DNA of 64,000 bases from an uncultured Chloroflexia bacterium (GCA_963724295.1 CAVRUC010000007.1:96001-160000), one strand, 5' to 3'. Positions 10,556-21,733 are shown, counted from the first letter of the stretch. Notes: generated from the letters alone by a model not told the origin. Translations and numbers: made by a program.

Positions 10556-13500
10556 TCATTCAACGCGCGTGCCGGCTGGTCGCACGGCGATGCGGACCTG
10601 GTGCTCACCAACCTCAATCTGGTCCAGATACCAACCAGCTTCGGCGATGAGACCCCCCGGTCCCGCCACCGACTCCGGTTCGACCGCATCGGAGGCACCA
10701 GCCACGGAACTTCCTTCGAGCATGGTGGCCAACGTTTCAGTTCTGACATACGTGCGGTGTGCATCAATCGCCCGCGCCACTTCCGGATCGGCGACGAATC
10801 GAATCTCAATCTTGTCGTCGATCTGATATCCGGCCTGCTTGCGGGCGTCCTGAATCCCGCGCACAAAGTCACGCGCCAGGCCTTCTTCGATGAGAGCCGG
10901 CGTCAACGTCGTGTCCAGAACCAAGGTTGAGCGGGGACCCTGCGCGGCAGCGTATCCCGGCAGCCTCATCGAGTCCACGAGAATGTCGCTCGGCTCCAGT
11001 GTCACGTTGCCATCTGGCGTGTCCAGATGGATGTCACTCCCAGTTCGGACGAGGGAGGCCACGACGCCAGCATCGAGCGCGGCGAGGGCTTCACGGACCG
11101 CGTCGACCTGCTTGCCGAGGCGAGGACCAAGCGCCCGCAGATTCGGCCGGATGGTGTACGACACGTACTGCCCAGGATCCTCCATGAGTTGCAGCGACTT
11201 CACATTCAACTCGTCGAGGACCTGATCTTGAAGCCGCAGCACTGACTCGAGCATCGCCGGTTCACGGGCGTGGATTAGCAGCGCCGGCAGTGGTTGGCGC
11301 ACCTTGATAGCCGCCTCCTGGCGGGCCGCGTGGCCCGCTCCGACGACCTCCAGCACGGCATCCATGTCGCGGGCCAGGGACTCGTCGATGCGGTTGGAGT
11401 GAGATCGCGGAAAGTCAGTGAGGTGCACCGATTCCGGCGCGTTCGGGTCCACCGACCGCACCAGGTTCTGATAGATCGCCTCGGCCAGGAACGGCGTGAA
11501 TGGTGCCAGCAACCGCGCCAGCGTGGTCAGACTCTCGTAGAGGGTCTGGTAGGCGGCGGCCTTGTCGGCATCATTCTCACTTTTCCAGAAGCGCCTCCGA
11601 TTTCGCCTGATGTACCAGTTCGACAGCTCGTCGATCGTGAACCGCTCGATTGCCCGCGCCGCGCGATCCGGGGCATAGCTATCGAGCGCGTCACGGACCT
11701 CGGCGACAAGCTGGTGGAGCCGGGAAATGATCCACCGGTCCAACACCGTGCGCTCTGCGAGCGGGATCTGGTTTTCGGCAGCGTGTGGATCGAAGCGGTC
11801 GAGTGAAGCGTAGGTGGCGAAGAAGGCATAGGAGTTCCACAATGGGAGAATGAATCGACGTCGGACCTCGTCCGCGTTGTGGTAGCCAAAGTTGAGGTTG
11901 GCGTCTGGATTGGCCCGCGAGAAGAGCCATCGCATGGCGTCGACCCCGATCTCCTCGGCCGCCTCGTCAAACCAGATCGCGTTTCCTTTGCTCTTGTGCA
12001 TCTCCTCTCCCTTCTCGTCGCGCATCAGGGCGTAGGAGAAGACGTTCAGGAAGGGCGGGCGATCCACAAGAGCCGTGCTCTGCGCGATCATCGAGTAGAA
12101 CCAGTTGCGAAACTGACCGGGGAAGCTCTCGGAGATCATCTCTGCCGGGAACCACTCTTCCCAGTACTCCGGGTCGTGCCGATACCGAAGCGTCGAAAAC
12201 GGAACGATTCCGGCGTCGAGCCAGGGGTTCCCGACATCCTGCGATGCGCGAAACTGATTCCCCGCAGCGCGAGCAGGCGATTTTGACCTCGTCGATCCAG
12301 GGGCGGTGCGGGGTATGCCCGGCGAACGCCTCCCAGCCTTCGACCGCGCGATCCCTCAGCTCGGTTTCACTGCCGATCACGTCGACATTGCCACAGGCGG
12401 CGCACTCATAGATGGGAAGCGCCAGACCCCAGTAGCGCTTTTTGGAAATCATCCAGTCGTCCATGTGGGCCAGCCAGTCGAGCTCGCGATCCAGGCCGAA
12501 GCTGGGGTGCCAGGCGATCTGGCGAGTGACATCCATCATCGGCTGCCGGAGATCGTCCATGGCGATGAACCACTCGTCGACGAGCCGGAATACCAGGTCC
12601 GTGCTACAGCGCCAGCAGACCGGGTAGCGATGCCGGTACTGCTCGGCACGATAGAGCAGTCCTTTCTGCTCAAGGTTTTCAGCGATGGCCACGGCAACTT
12701 CGTGCACGTACTGTCCGGTAAGCACTCCGAATCCATCGCCGTAGACCCCGAACTCGTCGATCGGCGCGACCACGGCGAGATCGTTCTGCTTCGAAAGCGC
12801 GAAGTCTTCCTTTCCCGCGCCGGGGGCGATGTGGACGATGCCGGTACCCTCCGCCGCATCGACGTCCTCCCACCCGATGACCCGGTGGACGACGTCCTGC
12901 TGTGAATCGAGCTCATCGAACGGACCCTGGTACGGCCGGCCGATCAGGTCTACGCCCGTTAGCTCTCGGGTTACCGCGAAATCACCTCTCAGCGCAGACC
13001 GCGCGGCCTCCCGAGCAACGTAGTACGTCTTGCCGCCCTGCTCGGCGCCTACATAGACGAGGTCGGGATGAACCGCGGCGGCGACGTTGGCGGCGAGTGT
13101 CCAGGGTGTCGTCGTCCACACCAGGAGATTGGCGCCAGGCTCGTCCACGAGCGGAAACGCGACATAGGTCGCCAGGTGGGTTCGCTCCTGGTAGCCCTCG
13201 GTCACGATCTCGTGCTCGGAGATGCCCGTGCCGCACCGTGGGCACCACGGCATGACATCGTGGCCCTTGTACAACCAGCCCCGTTCATGAACGGTCTTCA
13301 GGAAATGCCAGATGGTGTAATTGTTCTCATCGGACATGGTCAGATAGGAATTGTCCCAATCCATCCAGTATCCGAGGCGAATCGACTGCTCGGTAATCCG
13401 CTCGGCAAAGGTCAACACCCGCTGCTTGCAACGCTCCACGAATTCAGCGATGCCGAACTGCTCGATGTCGCGTTTGCTCTTGAGTCCGAGCTCTTTTTCG

Positions 13501-13811
13501 ACTTCGACCTCGACCCAGAGCCCCTGACAGTCGAACCCGTTCTGGTAGCGCTGTCGCTTGCCGAGCATGGTCTGGTAGCGCTGGAAAAGATCCTTATAGG
13601 TGCGGCCCCAGGCATGATGGACGCCCATGGGGTTGTTCGCCGTGATCGGACCATCGAGAAACGAGTACCGCTCGGGGGAGGCGTCGTTGCGAGTCAGGTA
13701 CTTGTCGACGATTCGGTCGCGCTGCCACCAGGCGAGCAGCTCACGCTCCAACGCGGGAAAATCCGGACGGTTGTCAACAGTTCGAATTCCACTTTTCGTC
13801 ACGGCCATCAA
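10556..13811 (-). CDS. ileS: isoleucine--tRNA ligase, type-2-like (frameshift near 12240)
   Basis: DGPITAN..GVHH, GFDCQGL, WTTTPWTL, GTGIVH, DWMISKKRYWG, EMHKSKGN and SNWYIRRNRRRFW; Ile T-box upstream. Confidence 0.95.
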
Positions 13812-13854
13812 ACGTATCTCCCGACAAACAGTCGCGATGCCATGCGGTTCGGCA

Positions 13855-14135
13855 ATAACAAAACGCCCGTCCTCAGTTCCGAGGACGAGCGAACCCGCGG
13901 TACCACCTCAGTTGCCCCCGATCACAGGGACCTCTTCCCGGCCAGATCAACGCGTGCTCGACCAAGCCGGCTTTCCGCGGTATCGGGCGGACCCGGGCGC
14001 ACCTACGCGGACACTGCCGGTTCAGGCGCCTGCTCCGGGGCGATATCCTCGAGGGTCCGGGTGACCCGGCTTCCATCGACCCGGGCTTTCTGGGCGCGGA
14101 CTGGCTCGGGCTTGGTCCCCGTCATAGCCTCTGAT
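13855..14135 (-). promoter_or_regulatory. T-box riboswitch (Ile, AUC specifier) with intrinsic terminator
   Basis: Minus strand: AACTGAGGTGGTACCGCG T-box, then hairpin cgtcctc-ggaact-gaggacg plus a T-tract; stem I carries GAT-ATC-GCCCCGGAGC, with specifier ATC at 14042-14044. Confidence 0.9.
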
Positions 14136-14195
14136 GAGAATAGTACTGACGTTGTTCCTCGCCAACCAACTCGCCAATCCGGCAAGCGCCGAACG

Positions 14196-14951
14196 TCAGC
14201 GACGGCGATTCAGCCAGCGGGTCTTGACACGGCGATAAATGGCCGCGAGTCCCAGGAGGTACGACGTTCCGACCAGGTACGACGCGACCACATCGGTGAA
14301 CCAGTGGTGCCCGAGATAGATGCGACTCGGGCCGACCAGCGCAACCAGCCCAACCAGGAAGGAGGTCGCGATGCGGCGAAGTCTTGCCGGCCGCACCAGG
14401 GTCTCGAGCAAAAATGCCAGGAACCCGTAGACCCCGGCGTAGATCAAAACGTGGCCGCTCGGGAACGACGTGCCGCCGAGCGGAGCCGCGATGACGCGCA
14501 CGAGCTCTGGCGTCGGGCGAGGGCGTTGCATCGATCGTTTGATCGACGCCGAAATTGCACCGGTGCCCCAGGCGAGGAGCTGGAATACCGCTTCGATTGG
14601 AAATCCGAGAGTCAGCCAGAACAGCGACAGCAGAAATGGGATGACGCGAGACTGCGGTGGGAACCCTGGCCACGAAACCACGTGCATGAGCCGGTCGAAC
14701 CAGGGTGCATTAACTCGCTGCAGCGAGCGGGTGACCTGCACGTCAAACGCGTGGCTGCGATTCCGCTTGACGAAGGCGAATAACCCGCCAAAGACGGCGA
14801 GCGTGGCCAGCCCGAAAGCGATCGCGCCACGTCCCCGGGCGAGCGCCAGGCGAGGCGGGAAGACCTGGCGCACGGTGAGACGGCCGGTCGGTGTCTCAGT
14901 GAGGACGGCCGGCTTGGGGATTCCGGATTCAGATGGCTCCGAGTTCGTCAA
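14196..14951 (-). CDS. PAP2-family membrane phosphatase
   Basis: K-x6-RP, SFPSGH and SRIYLGHHWFTDV. Confidence 0.92.
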   Translation of the reverse strand: MTNSEPSESGIPKPAVLTETPTGRLTVRQVFPPRLALARGRGAIAFGLATLAVFGGLFAFVKRNRSHAFDVQVTRSLQRVNAPWFDRLMHVVSWPGFPPQSRVIPFLLSLFWLTLGFPIEAVFQLLAWGTGAISASIKRSMQRPRPTPELVRVIAAPLGGTSFPSGHVLIYAGVYGFLAFLLETLVRPARLRRIATSFLVGLVALVGPSRIYLGHHWFTDVVASYLVGTSYLLGLAAIYRRVKTRWLNRRR

Positions 14952-15053
14952 CCTAAACTCCCTACGGGTACAACTGGGACAATTGCCGCGAATCGCGCCG
15001 GATGCTGGAGAGCGGCGAAGCGAGTCTCAGTGTCCCGGACAGAGTGAACGTAG

Positions 15054-15881
15054 ATGTCACGCCTCATCCTGGAACCATATTCGACCTTCCGACCCGTCGA
15101 TCGGCGGCCGTTGTTCGTTGGCGGCATTGCCGCGATCGCGTTCGCCATATTCGTGATGGCCCCTGGCGATGTCGCCTCGAAAACTCACGTGGCGCTGCAC
15201 GGGCTCTGTGCACAGCGACCGAGTCATAGTCTACAGATTGGCGGCTCGACGCTTCCCATGGACGCCCGCATGACAGGAATCTATATCGGGGCGATGGCAA
15301 CGTTGATCTGGCTGATTGCCGCCCGCCGCCTGAGATCCGCGCGGGTTCCCTCTCGGCCCGTGCTCGCCGTTATGGCGGTGTGTGTTCTCGCGCTTGGCGT
15401 CGATGGCTTCAACGGTCTGCTCGTCGACCTTCGATTTCAGAGTCCGTACGAACCGTCGAACCTGCTGCGGTTGGCAACGGGCGTGCTGGGGGGCGCCTCG
15501 CTCGGCGTTGCTCTCGGCCATCTCTTTGCCAGCTCGATTTGGGCCAGGGTCGATCGCAGGCAGGCGGTGGTGACGCGGCCCGCGGAGCTTGTCGTGCCGA
15601 TCGGCGCCTCGTCGGCAATCTCCGCGCTCGCGCTCATGAATCTTCCCCTGTTGTACGCGCCGTTCGCAGTCGGCCTCCTGTTAGCGGCGATCGGCGTGTT
15701 TTGGGTGCTCGCAATCACCGTTCTGGCGCTCGTGACCGACCGTGGTTGGTCGTGCCGCGCCTGGGGCGATCTGGCGCCCCTGGCGCTTGCGTCATTCTTC
15801 GCCGCGATCGCGACCATCTGCGCGCTGGCATCGCTGCGGTTTGCCGCTGAGCAGCTACTCGGACTTCCCAGGTTGACATAG
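15054..15881 (+). CDS. DUF2085-like membrane protein
   Basis: LCAQRPSHS..PMDARMTGIY, several hydrophobic segments, SNLLRLATG. Confidence 0.75.
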   Translation: MSRLILEPYSTFRPVDRRPLFVGGIAAIAFAIFVMAPGDVASKTHVALHGLCAQRPSHSLQIGGSTLPMDARMTGIYIGAMATLIWLIAARRLRSARVPSRPVLAVMAVCVLALGVDGFNGLLVDLRFQSPYEPSNLLRLATGVLGGASLGVALGHLFASSIWARVDRRQAVVTRPAELVVPIGASSAISALALMNLPLLYAPFAVGLLLAAIGVFWVLAITVLALVTDRGWSCRAWGDLAPLALASFFAAIATICALASLRFAAEQLLGLPRLT

Positions 15882-15988
15882 CAAGACGCGGATAATGCTG
15901 TGCTAGACTCACGAAAGGCGATTTTCGTGTTGTCGATCTCCTCATGCGCGGCTGGCGTAGCCTGCACGCGTCCCCGGTGCCAGCGCAA

Positions 15989-16744
15989 ATGAAGGTCTAT
16001 CGCGACGTCGAGTACATCAAGAAGCGGAAGCGGCGAGCGACGCTCACGGCGGTCGTCGGCGTGGCGCTTCTCGGGTCGGCGTTCTGGCTGGCCTCCACGG
16101 GCGGGTCGTCAGGTGTCTTCATCGCCTACATTCCGCTCCTCGCGGGCACGATCATTTTCCACCTGGGGATGCAGCAGGTCGGTAAGTGGAATCGGGCCCA
16201 GCGTAACGATGTGATCCTGGATGTGCTGCTGAAAGATCTGGGTGAGCGCTACTCGCTGATTCATTACCCGCGGATTGGCAAGCGAACGGTCGAACACGCC
16301 CTCGTTCACCCAGGCGGAATTCTGGCCATCACCGCGCGAGAGCTTCCCGGCGGCGTGGCCTATCGCGACGGCCGCTGGCGAAAAGTCGGTCAAGGACTCA
16401 GCCGTTTTTTCGGGATGGGCGGCGCATTCCTCGGCAATCCGGCTGCTGACACCGCCGCTGACATTCAGGCTCTCGACGAGCTCCTGACTCAGGAACAGAT
16501 GTCTGTCGACGTCGACGGTGTTGTCGCATTCCTCAACCCCAAAGTGACCCTCGACGTCGTGGAGCCTGACTTCCCGGTGACGAATGCGGAGGGGCTCAAG
16601 CCGTACGTTGCCTCATTGCCAGCCGATGCTGGGCTTCAGACGGCGGACCGGCAGCGAGTCGTGGAACTCCTGACTCGGAACGGGTCCTTTGAAATCCCGC
16701 AGGCGGCACCCACGCGCCGCCCGGTGAAACGGCGAGCGGCCTGA
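15989..16744 (+). CDS. membrane-anchored NERD-like (PD-(D/E)XK) domain protein
   Basis: Two N-terminal hydrophobic helices, then VEHALVHPGGILAITAR..G...Y..GRW...NP, which resembles NERD. Confidence 0.6.
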   Translation: MKVYRDVEYIKKRKRRATLTAVVGVALLGSAFWLASTGGSSGVFIAYIPLLAGTIIFHLGMQQVGKWNRAQRNDVILDVLLKDLGERYSLIHYPRIGKRTVEHALVHPGGILAITARELPGGVAYRDGRWRKVGQGLSRFFGMGGAFLGNPAADTAADIQALDELLTQEQMSVDVDGVVAFLNPKVTLDVVEPDFPVTNAEGLKPYVASLPADAGLQTADRQRVVELLTRNGSFEIPQAAPTRRPVKRRAA

Positions 16745-16752
16745 CGTGGGCA

Positions 16753-17839
16753 ATGCCAGGAGCAATCGCCGGAGTACCGCTCAGACAGGCCGCGACGGTT
16801 TCTGATGCCGGCTGGCCTGACTGGGTCGACCCCGCGGCCGTCGAACGGTTGCAAGAGGCAATCCGCGGCGAGCGAATCGGGCACGCGTACTTGCTGTCGG
16901 GTCCCCCGGGGGTCGGTAAGGCGGCGACGGCTCGCGCGTTCGCCCAGACGCTCTGCTGCACGGACACGGAACGTTCAGACCGGAGCGTCCCCTGTGGGGT
17001 GTGCAGGGCGTGCCGGAACGTCCAGCGCGGGGCGCACCCTGACGTCGAGACGTTCAGCCTGGACACCCAGGCCATGCTTGCAGACAAGCCTGGGCGCGCA
17101 TCGACCCTCACGATCGAAACGGTAAGGCGGCTTCGATCATCCGGAGCACTCTTTCCGCTGGAGGGCGACCGGCGCATCCTGATCGTCGACGATGCGGAGA
17201 CGCTCCTGGAACCTGCACAGCAGGCCCTGCTCAAGACGCTTGAGGAGCCTCCTCGGGGTGTGACGCTCTTCTTGCTCGCGGACGAGCCGGAGGCGCTCCT
17301 CGGCGACGGTCCGCTCTCGATGTCAAGAAATCCCGCTCCGTCCGATCGCGCAGACCGCAGTGGCTGAAGCGCTCCTGCGCCGGGGGGTGGCCGACGCACT
17401 GGCGACGGAAGTTGCAACGCTGAGCAGGGGCTGCGCTGGTTGGGCGCTAGCGGCTGTCGCGGACAAAAAGGTGCTGGAGGACCGGCGCGAAGAACGAGCC
17501 TCCGCGGCCCGGTGGATCGCTTCGCCTCGTTATGAGCAGTTGGTCACCGCGTTTACGCTTGGCGAGCAGTTCACCAAGCGCCGCGCCGAGGTGATAGGAG
17601 TCGTCCAGGCCGCGATCCAACTGCTGCGCGACGAAATGATCGCGGCGGCGCAGGCCGCCAGCGGGCCCAATGAGGATCGCCAGGAATCCTCCAGCATGGC
17701 GCGATCGACGATGTCGTTAAGTCGAGCAATCGTCGCGGCGCTGCAGTGCCTTTCGGATCTCGACTCGAATGTGCGGCCACGATTGGCCCTCGAAGCGATG
17801 GTGGTGGCATGGCCGAATTCGGAGCCGCGAGACCGTTAG
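16753..17839 (+). CDS. holB: DNA polymerase III delta' subunit (frameshift near 17300)
   Basis: HAYLLSGPPGVGK, CGVCRAC, HPDV and ALLKTLEEPP; C-terminal NVRPRLALE in 17360..17839. Confidence 0.9.
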
Positions 17840-18975
17840 CTGGGCCCTGGACGCCGCCGGCGTCTGTGGAGGAGGCCCGCGCGCGGGCCCGCGAGCGCTT
17901 CAAAAGCCGGCTCGAAACGGGCCAGCAGATCGGCGAATGCGGCTGCGGCGACGGTGACCCGGTCCTCGGGCTCGACGACACCTCGCCTGCTGAGTGCGTG
18001 GTCGGCGTGCGATTTCGGGATTCCGGGCGTATCTACTACTTCCGGCCCGACCGGGATGATCTCGTTGTTGGCGATTGGGTCGTGGTGCCCACCGCACGCG
18101 GAGAAGAGGCCGCTCGCGTCGTGCTGGCCCCGCATCAGGTTCGCCGGGCCCAGCTCCAGGGCGACCTCAGCAGCGTCTCGAGGCGACTGAGCGATGACGA
18201 CGTGCGGCGCATGGAGGCCCAACGGCGAAAAGGGCCGGAGGCCATCAAGGCCTTCCGCGACATTGCTCGCGCGCGTCGGTTGGGCATCAAGCCGATTGCC
18301 GCCGACTACGGCTTTGACGGGTCGACAGTCACCCTGAACTATTCGGTTCACGACCGCGAGCGAGCACCGGAACCAGGCGCCCTGCGCGAACTGACCCGTG
18401 AAGCGGCAAGTGCACTTGGCTGCCGCGTTGAGCTGAGACAGGTTGGTCCCCGCGACGAAGCGCGACTACTGGGCGGTTTGGGCCGGTGCGGAAGAACGCT
18501 TTGTTGCTCGTCCTGGCTGCCGGTATTCCCCGAGATTTCAATGAACATGGCAAAGAACCAGGATCTTCCATTGAATCCGGCGAAAGTATCGGGAGTTTGC
18601 GGGCGCTTGCTCTGTTGTCTTTCGTATGAAAACGACCAGTACCGGCAAATGAAAGCCGTGATGCCGAAACTTGGTCAGGCGATCGAAACACCCGGTGGTA
18701 TGGGCCAGGTCATCTCCATGCAGCTCCTCAAGGAACTGGTGACCGTTCGACTGGACGAAGACGCGGGTGAGGTTACGTTTCGCTGCGATGAGCTGGGACT
18801 CGCGGGCGCGACACACCAGCCGAGCGTAGTGCAGGAAGTAGCGAAGCCGGTCCCGGCTCCACTTGAAGAAACCCAGGAAGACCTCGTTCCGCCCGCCGCC
18901 GATGAAGAGCTCGCGCCGGCAGCGGGGCGCCGCCGGCGCCGCCGGCGCGGACGTCGCCCGGGCGCGACAGGCTAG
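17809..18975 (+). CDS. ricT: PSP1-domain protein RicT/YaaT
   Basis: RVELRQVGPRDEARLLGGLGRCGRTLCC...MAKNQ...KVSGVCGRLLCCLSYE; follows holB. Confidence 0.9.
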   Translation: MAEFGAARPLAGPWTPPASVEEARARARERFKSRLETGQQIGECGCGDGDPVLGLDDTSPAECVVGVRFRDSGRIYYFRPDRDDLVVGDWVVVPTARGEEAARVVLAPHQVRRAQLQGDLSSVSRRLSDDDVRRMEAQRRKGPEAIKAFRDIARARRLGIKPIAADYGFDGSTVTLNYSVHDRERAPEPGALRELTREAASALGCRVELRQVGPRDEARLLGGLGRCGRTLCCSSWLPVFPEISMNMAKNQDLPLNPAKVSGVCGRLLCCLSYENDQYRQMKAVMPKLGQAIETPGGMGQVISMQLLKELVTVRLDEDAGEVTFRCDELGLAGATHQPSVVQEVAKPVPAPLEETQEDLVPPAADEELAPAAGRRRRRRRGRRPGATG

Positions 18976-19009
18976 TCTCCGAGATTCGAGCAGCGAAAGC
19001 GGGGCTGAT

Positions 19010-19307
19010 TTGGCGCTCTATCTGGTCGTCCACGCTCCGAGCGAACGTGAGGTCGAATCAGTGCGGCCGCCGACCCGGCTCAGGGATCTTGCCGAGGCTT
19101 CGATAAGTAGCAGTGGGTCTGCGCGGTGGTTGAAAACCTGGTCCCCTGATCTTCACGATGATCGAATCTTCACCCTCTGGGATGCCGAGAACGCGGATGA
19201 GGTGCGGGCCGCACTTAGCCGAGTTTGGTTTTCTGGACGACATGGATGCCACCCCACTCCGGGTTCGCGAGTGGGGACCGGAGGACGTCCTCGCCGCGCC
19301 AGAATAG
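19010..19307 (+). CDS. small DUF4242-like protein (frameshift near 19215)
   Basis: LALYLVVH...RWLKTW...RIFTLWDAENADEVRAAL, then FGFLDDMDATPLRVREWGPEDVL* in the shifted frame. Confidence 0.55.
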
Positions 19308-19416
19308 GAATTCCGGCGCTACCGCTTGGGGCGCGACTGATCGCCAGTGCTAGAATCGGAACGGCGGCGCGAGGCGTCGCGCTGCTTTCTGCGTCGCTCA
19401 ACCAGGGACGGAACTG

Positions 19417-21711
19417 ATGCCTGAAACTCGTGCCGTCGGCCAGCGCGTGCGACGGATCGATAGCCCGCCGAAGCTGACCGGCCAAGAGCGATTTACCGGC
19501 GATTTGCGCGTCCCCGGCATGCTCGTCGCGCGGCCGGTAACAAGTCCGTACGCGCACGCCCGTATCCGAAGCATCGACGCGTCGCGCGCTCTGGAGATTC
19601 CGGGCGTCGTTCGGGTCCTGTCTTCTGATGACTTGCCGATTGCTCGTGATAGCGCCGGTGCGCCGGTCAAGGCGCCGATCGCGTCAGGCGAAGCCGTGTA
19701 TGCCGGTCAGTTCGTCGCGCTCGTCCTGGCCGAGTCAGACGCTGCCGCCCAGGACGGGGTGGCCGCGGTCGACGTCGACTACGAGCCGCTGCCGGTGATC
19801 ACCACGCTGGATGAGGCCCTCGACCCGTCGTCGCCGCACATCCGCGAGACTCGCCAACAAGCGAACGACGAAGAAGCGGCCATGCACAACGCCGATGCGG
19901 CCACACAGGCCGAGGAGAACGACGAGCTCGCCGCCGCTGCCAACGTTTCTGGCTCGGTCCATTTCGCGAGGGGAGATGTCGCTGCCGGCTTCGCTGCCGC
20001 GGACGCCATCGTCGAGTTCACCGTCGAATCTCTGACCGTGCACCAGGGCTACCTGGAGCCCCAGGTCTGTCTGGTGGACATCGAGCCGCTCGGGGACCTC
20101 ACGGTCTATACCAGCACGCAGGCCGCGTTCTATTGCCGGACGCGCGTTGCCGAGACGGTCAATCTTCCGACGCAACGGATCAACGTGGTTCCGATGCCGG
20201 TCGGCGGAGGGTTTGGCGGCAAGTTCGTGCTGATCGAGCCGATGGTCGCCGCTGTCGCGCTTGCGGTTGGCCGCCCGGTCTTGCTGCACTACTCGCGCAT
20301 GGACGACTTCCTGGCCGGCAATCCGGCGCCGGACTGCCGGATCTCGGTGAAGTTGGGAGCAACGAAAGCTGGAGATATCACGGCGCTGGAATCGCGCCTG
20401 GTCTTCGACACCGGATCGAGTGGCGGGTCGCCGTTGCAGATCGCGGCGATCCTGCTTGGAGGCTACTACCGGTTCCCGAACCTGGAGATTCGCGGCCACG
20501 AAGTCCTGACCAACAAGCCCGGGGCCGGCGCGTACCGGGCGCCGGGTGCACAGCAGGCGACGTTCGCCATCGAGTCCGCGGTCGACGAGTTGGCCCGGAA
20601 GCTCGACCTCGACCCGCTCGAGTTTCGATTGCGCAACTGCGCGGTCGAAGGTGACGAGCGGCCGAACGGTGGCGCCTGGCCGCGCATCGGGTTGAAAGAG
20701 TGCCTACTGGCACTGCGGGAGCACCCCGCCTGGCAAAACCGGGATGCCGCGCGGGCGCAGGGACGAGGCGTCGGCATCGCGGTTGGTGGCTGGCCAGGCG
20801 GCATCGAGCCGGCGACGGCTGTCTGTCGACTCGACTCCAATGGCAAGCTGACCGTCGTGCTGGGGTCGGTCGATCTGACAGGCACGAACACCACATTTGC
20901 TCAGATCGCGGCCGAGACTTTCGGCATGAGCGCGGAGGAGATCGAGGTCAACACGGCCGCGACCGACGCGGCGCCTTTCGCCGGCGGCACTGGCGGCTCG
21001 AAGATCACCTACACGGTGGGTATGGCGGTGCAGCGCGCCGCGGAAGACGCGCGGCGGCAGATCCTGGCGGTCGCCTCCGAGGCACTCGAGGCCTCGGTCG
21101 AAGACCTCGAGATTGCTGACGGCATGGTTCAGGTCCGTGGTGTCCCCGGGTCTGGGGTCTCGCTCAAGGACATCGCCAGCCGCACGATGGGTTTTGCCGC
21201 TCGGAACGAGCCGGTGTACGGGACCGGGTCGACGGCCATTCGGGAGAGTGCGCCGGGCTTTGCCGCTCATCTGGTTGAAGTCGAGATCGACGAGGTCACG
21301 GGCGAGACGCGGCCGGTGCGCTATGTAGCGGTCCAGGACGTTGGATTCGCCATCAATCCGGCGGAGGTCGAGGCGCAAATCCACGGCGGAGTTGCGCAAG
21401 GCCTCGGCTGGGCCCTCTACGAAGGCATGGTCTACGACAGTGACGGACAGCTCCTGACGGCAACGCTGATGGACTACGCGCTGCCGCGGGCCGAGATGGT
21501 GCCCCCGATCGAAACAGTCCTGGTCGAAGTGCCAGCGGAGCATGGCGCCTACGGCGCCAAGGGAATCGGCGAACCGCCAGCGATCCCGGGCGCCGCGACC
21601 GTGGCGAACGCGATCCGTGATGTGACCGGGCGCCGCATTCTCAGCATTCCAATCAGACCGGAAACGGTGGCCATGGCGCTGTCGGAACCGTCCTCGATGG
21701 CGGCTGACTGA
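19417..21711 (+). CDS. xanthine dehydrogenase-family molybdopterin-binding large subunit
   Basis: SPYAHARI, YLEP, VGGGFGGK, AYRAPG, QIHGGVAQGLG and KGIGEP. Confidence 0.93.
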   Translation: MPETRAVGQRVRRIDSPPKLTGQERFTGDLRVPGMLVARPVTSPYAHARIRSIDASRALEIPGVVRVLSSDDLPIARDSAGAPVKAPIASGEAVYAGQFVALVLAESDAAAQDGVAAVDVDYEPLPVITTLDEALDPSSPHIRETRQQANDEEAAMHNADAATQAEENDELAAAANVSGSVHFARGDVAAGFAAADAIVEFTVESLTVHQGYLEPQVCLVDIEPLGDLTVYTSTQAAFYCRTRVAETVNLPTQRINVVPMPVGGGFGGKFVLIEPMVAAVALAVGRPVLLHYSRMDDFLAGNPAPDCRISVKLGATKAGDITALESRLVFDTGSSGGSPLQIAAILLGGYYRFPNLEIRGHEVLTNKPGAGAYRAPGAQQATFAIESAVDELARKLDLDPLEFRLRNCAVEGDERPNGGAWPRIGLKECLLALREHPAWQNRDAARAQGRGVGIAVGGWPGGIEPATAVCRLDSNGKLTVVLGSVDLTGTNTTFAQIAAETFGMSAEEIEVNTAATDAAPFAGGTGGSKITYTVGMAVQRAAEDARRQILAVASEALEASVEDLEIADGMVQVRGVPGSGVSLKDIASRTMGFAARNEPVYGTGSTAIRESAPGFAAHLVEVEIDEVTGETRPVRYVAVQDVGFAINPAEVEAQIHGGVAQGLGWALYEGMVYDSDGQLLTATLMDYALPRAEMVPPIETVLVEVPAEHGAYGAKGIGEPPAIPGAATVANAIRDVTGRRILSIPIRPETVAMALSEPSSMAAD

Positions 21712-21733
21712 TGCGGCGACGAGCTCTTCAATC

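Noticed and set aside
13068..14783. 571-aa plus-strand ORF and other long antisense ORFs (4174..5319, 20704..21915, 37143..38225, 40044..41234, 41924..43252)
   Set aside because: Shadow frames opposite well-supported genes, expected from GC-rich codon bias, with no recognisable motifs.
19417..21711. Aerobic CO dehydrogenase CoxL
   Set aside because: The active-site loop AYRAPG matches neither form I nor form II, and no coxM/coxS genes are adjacent.
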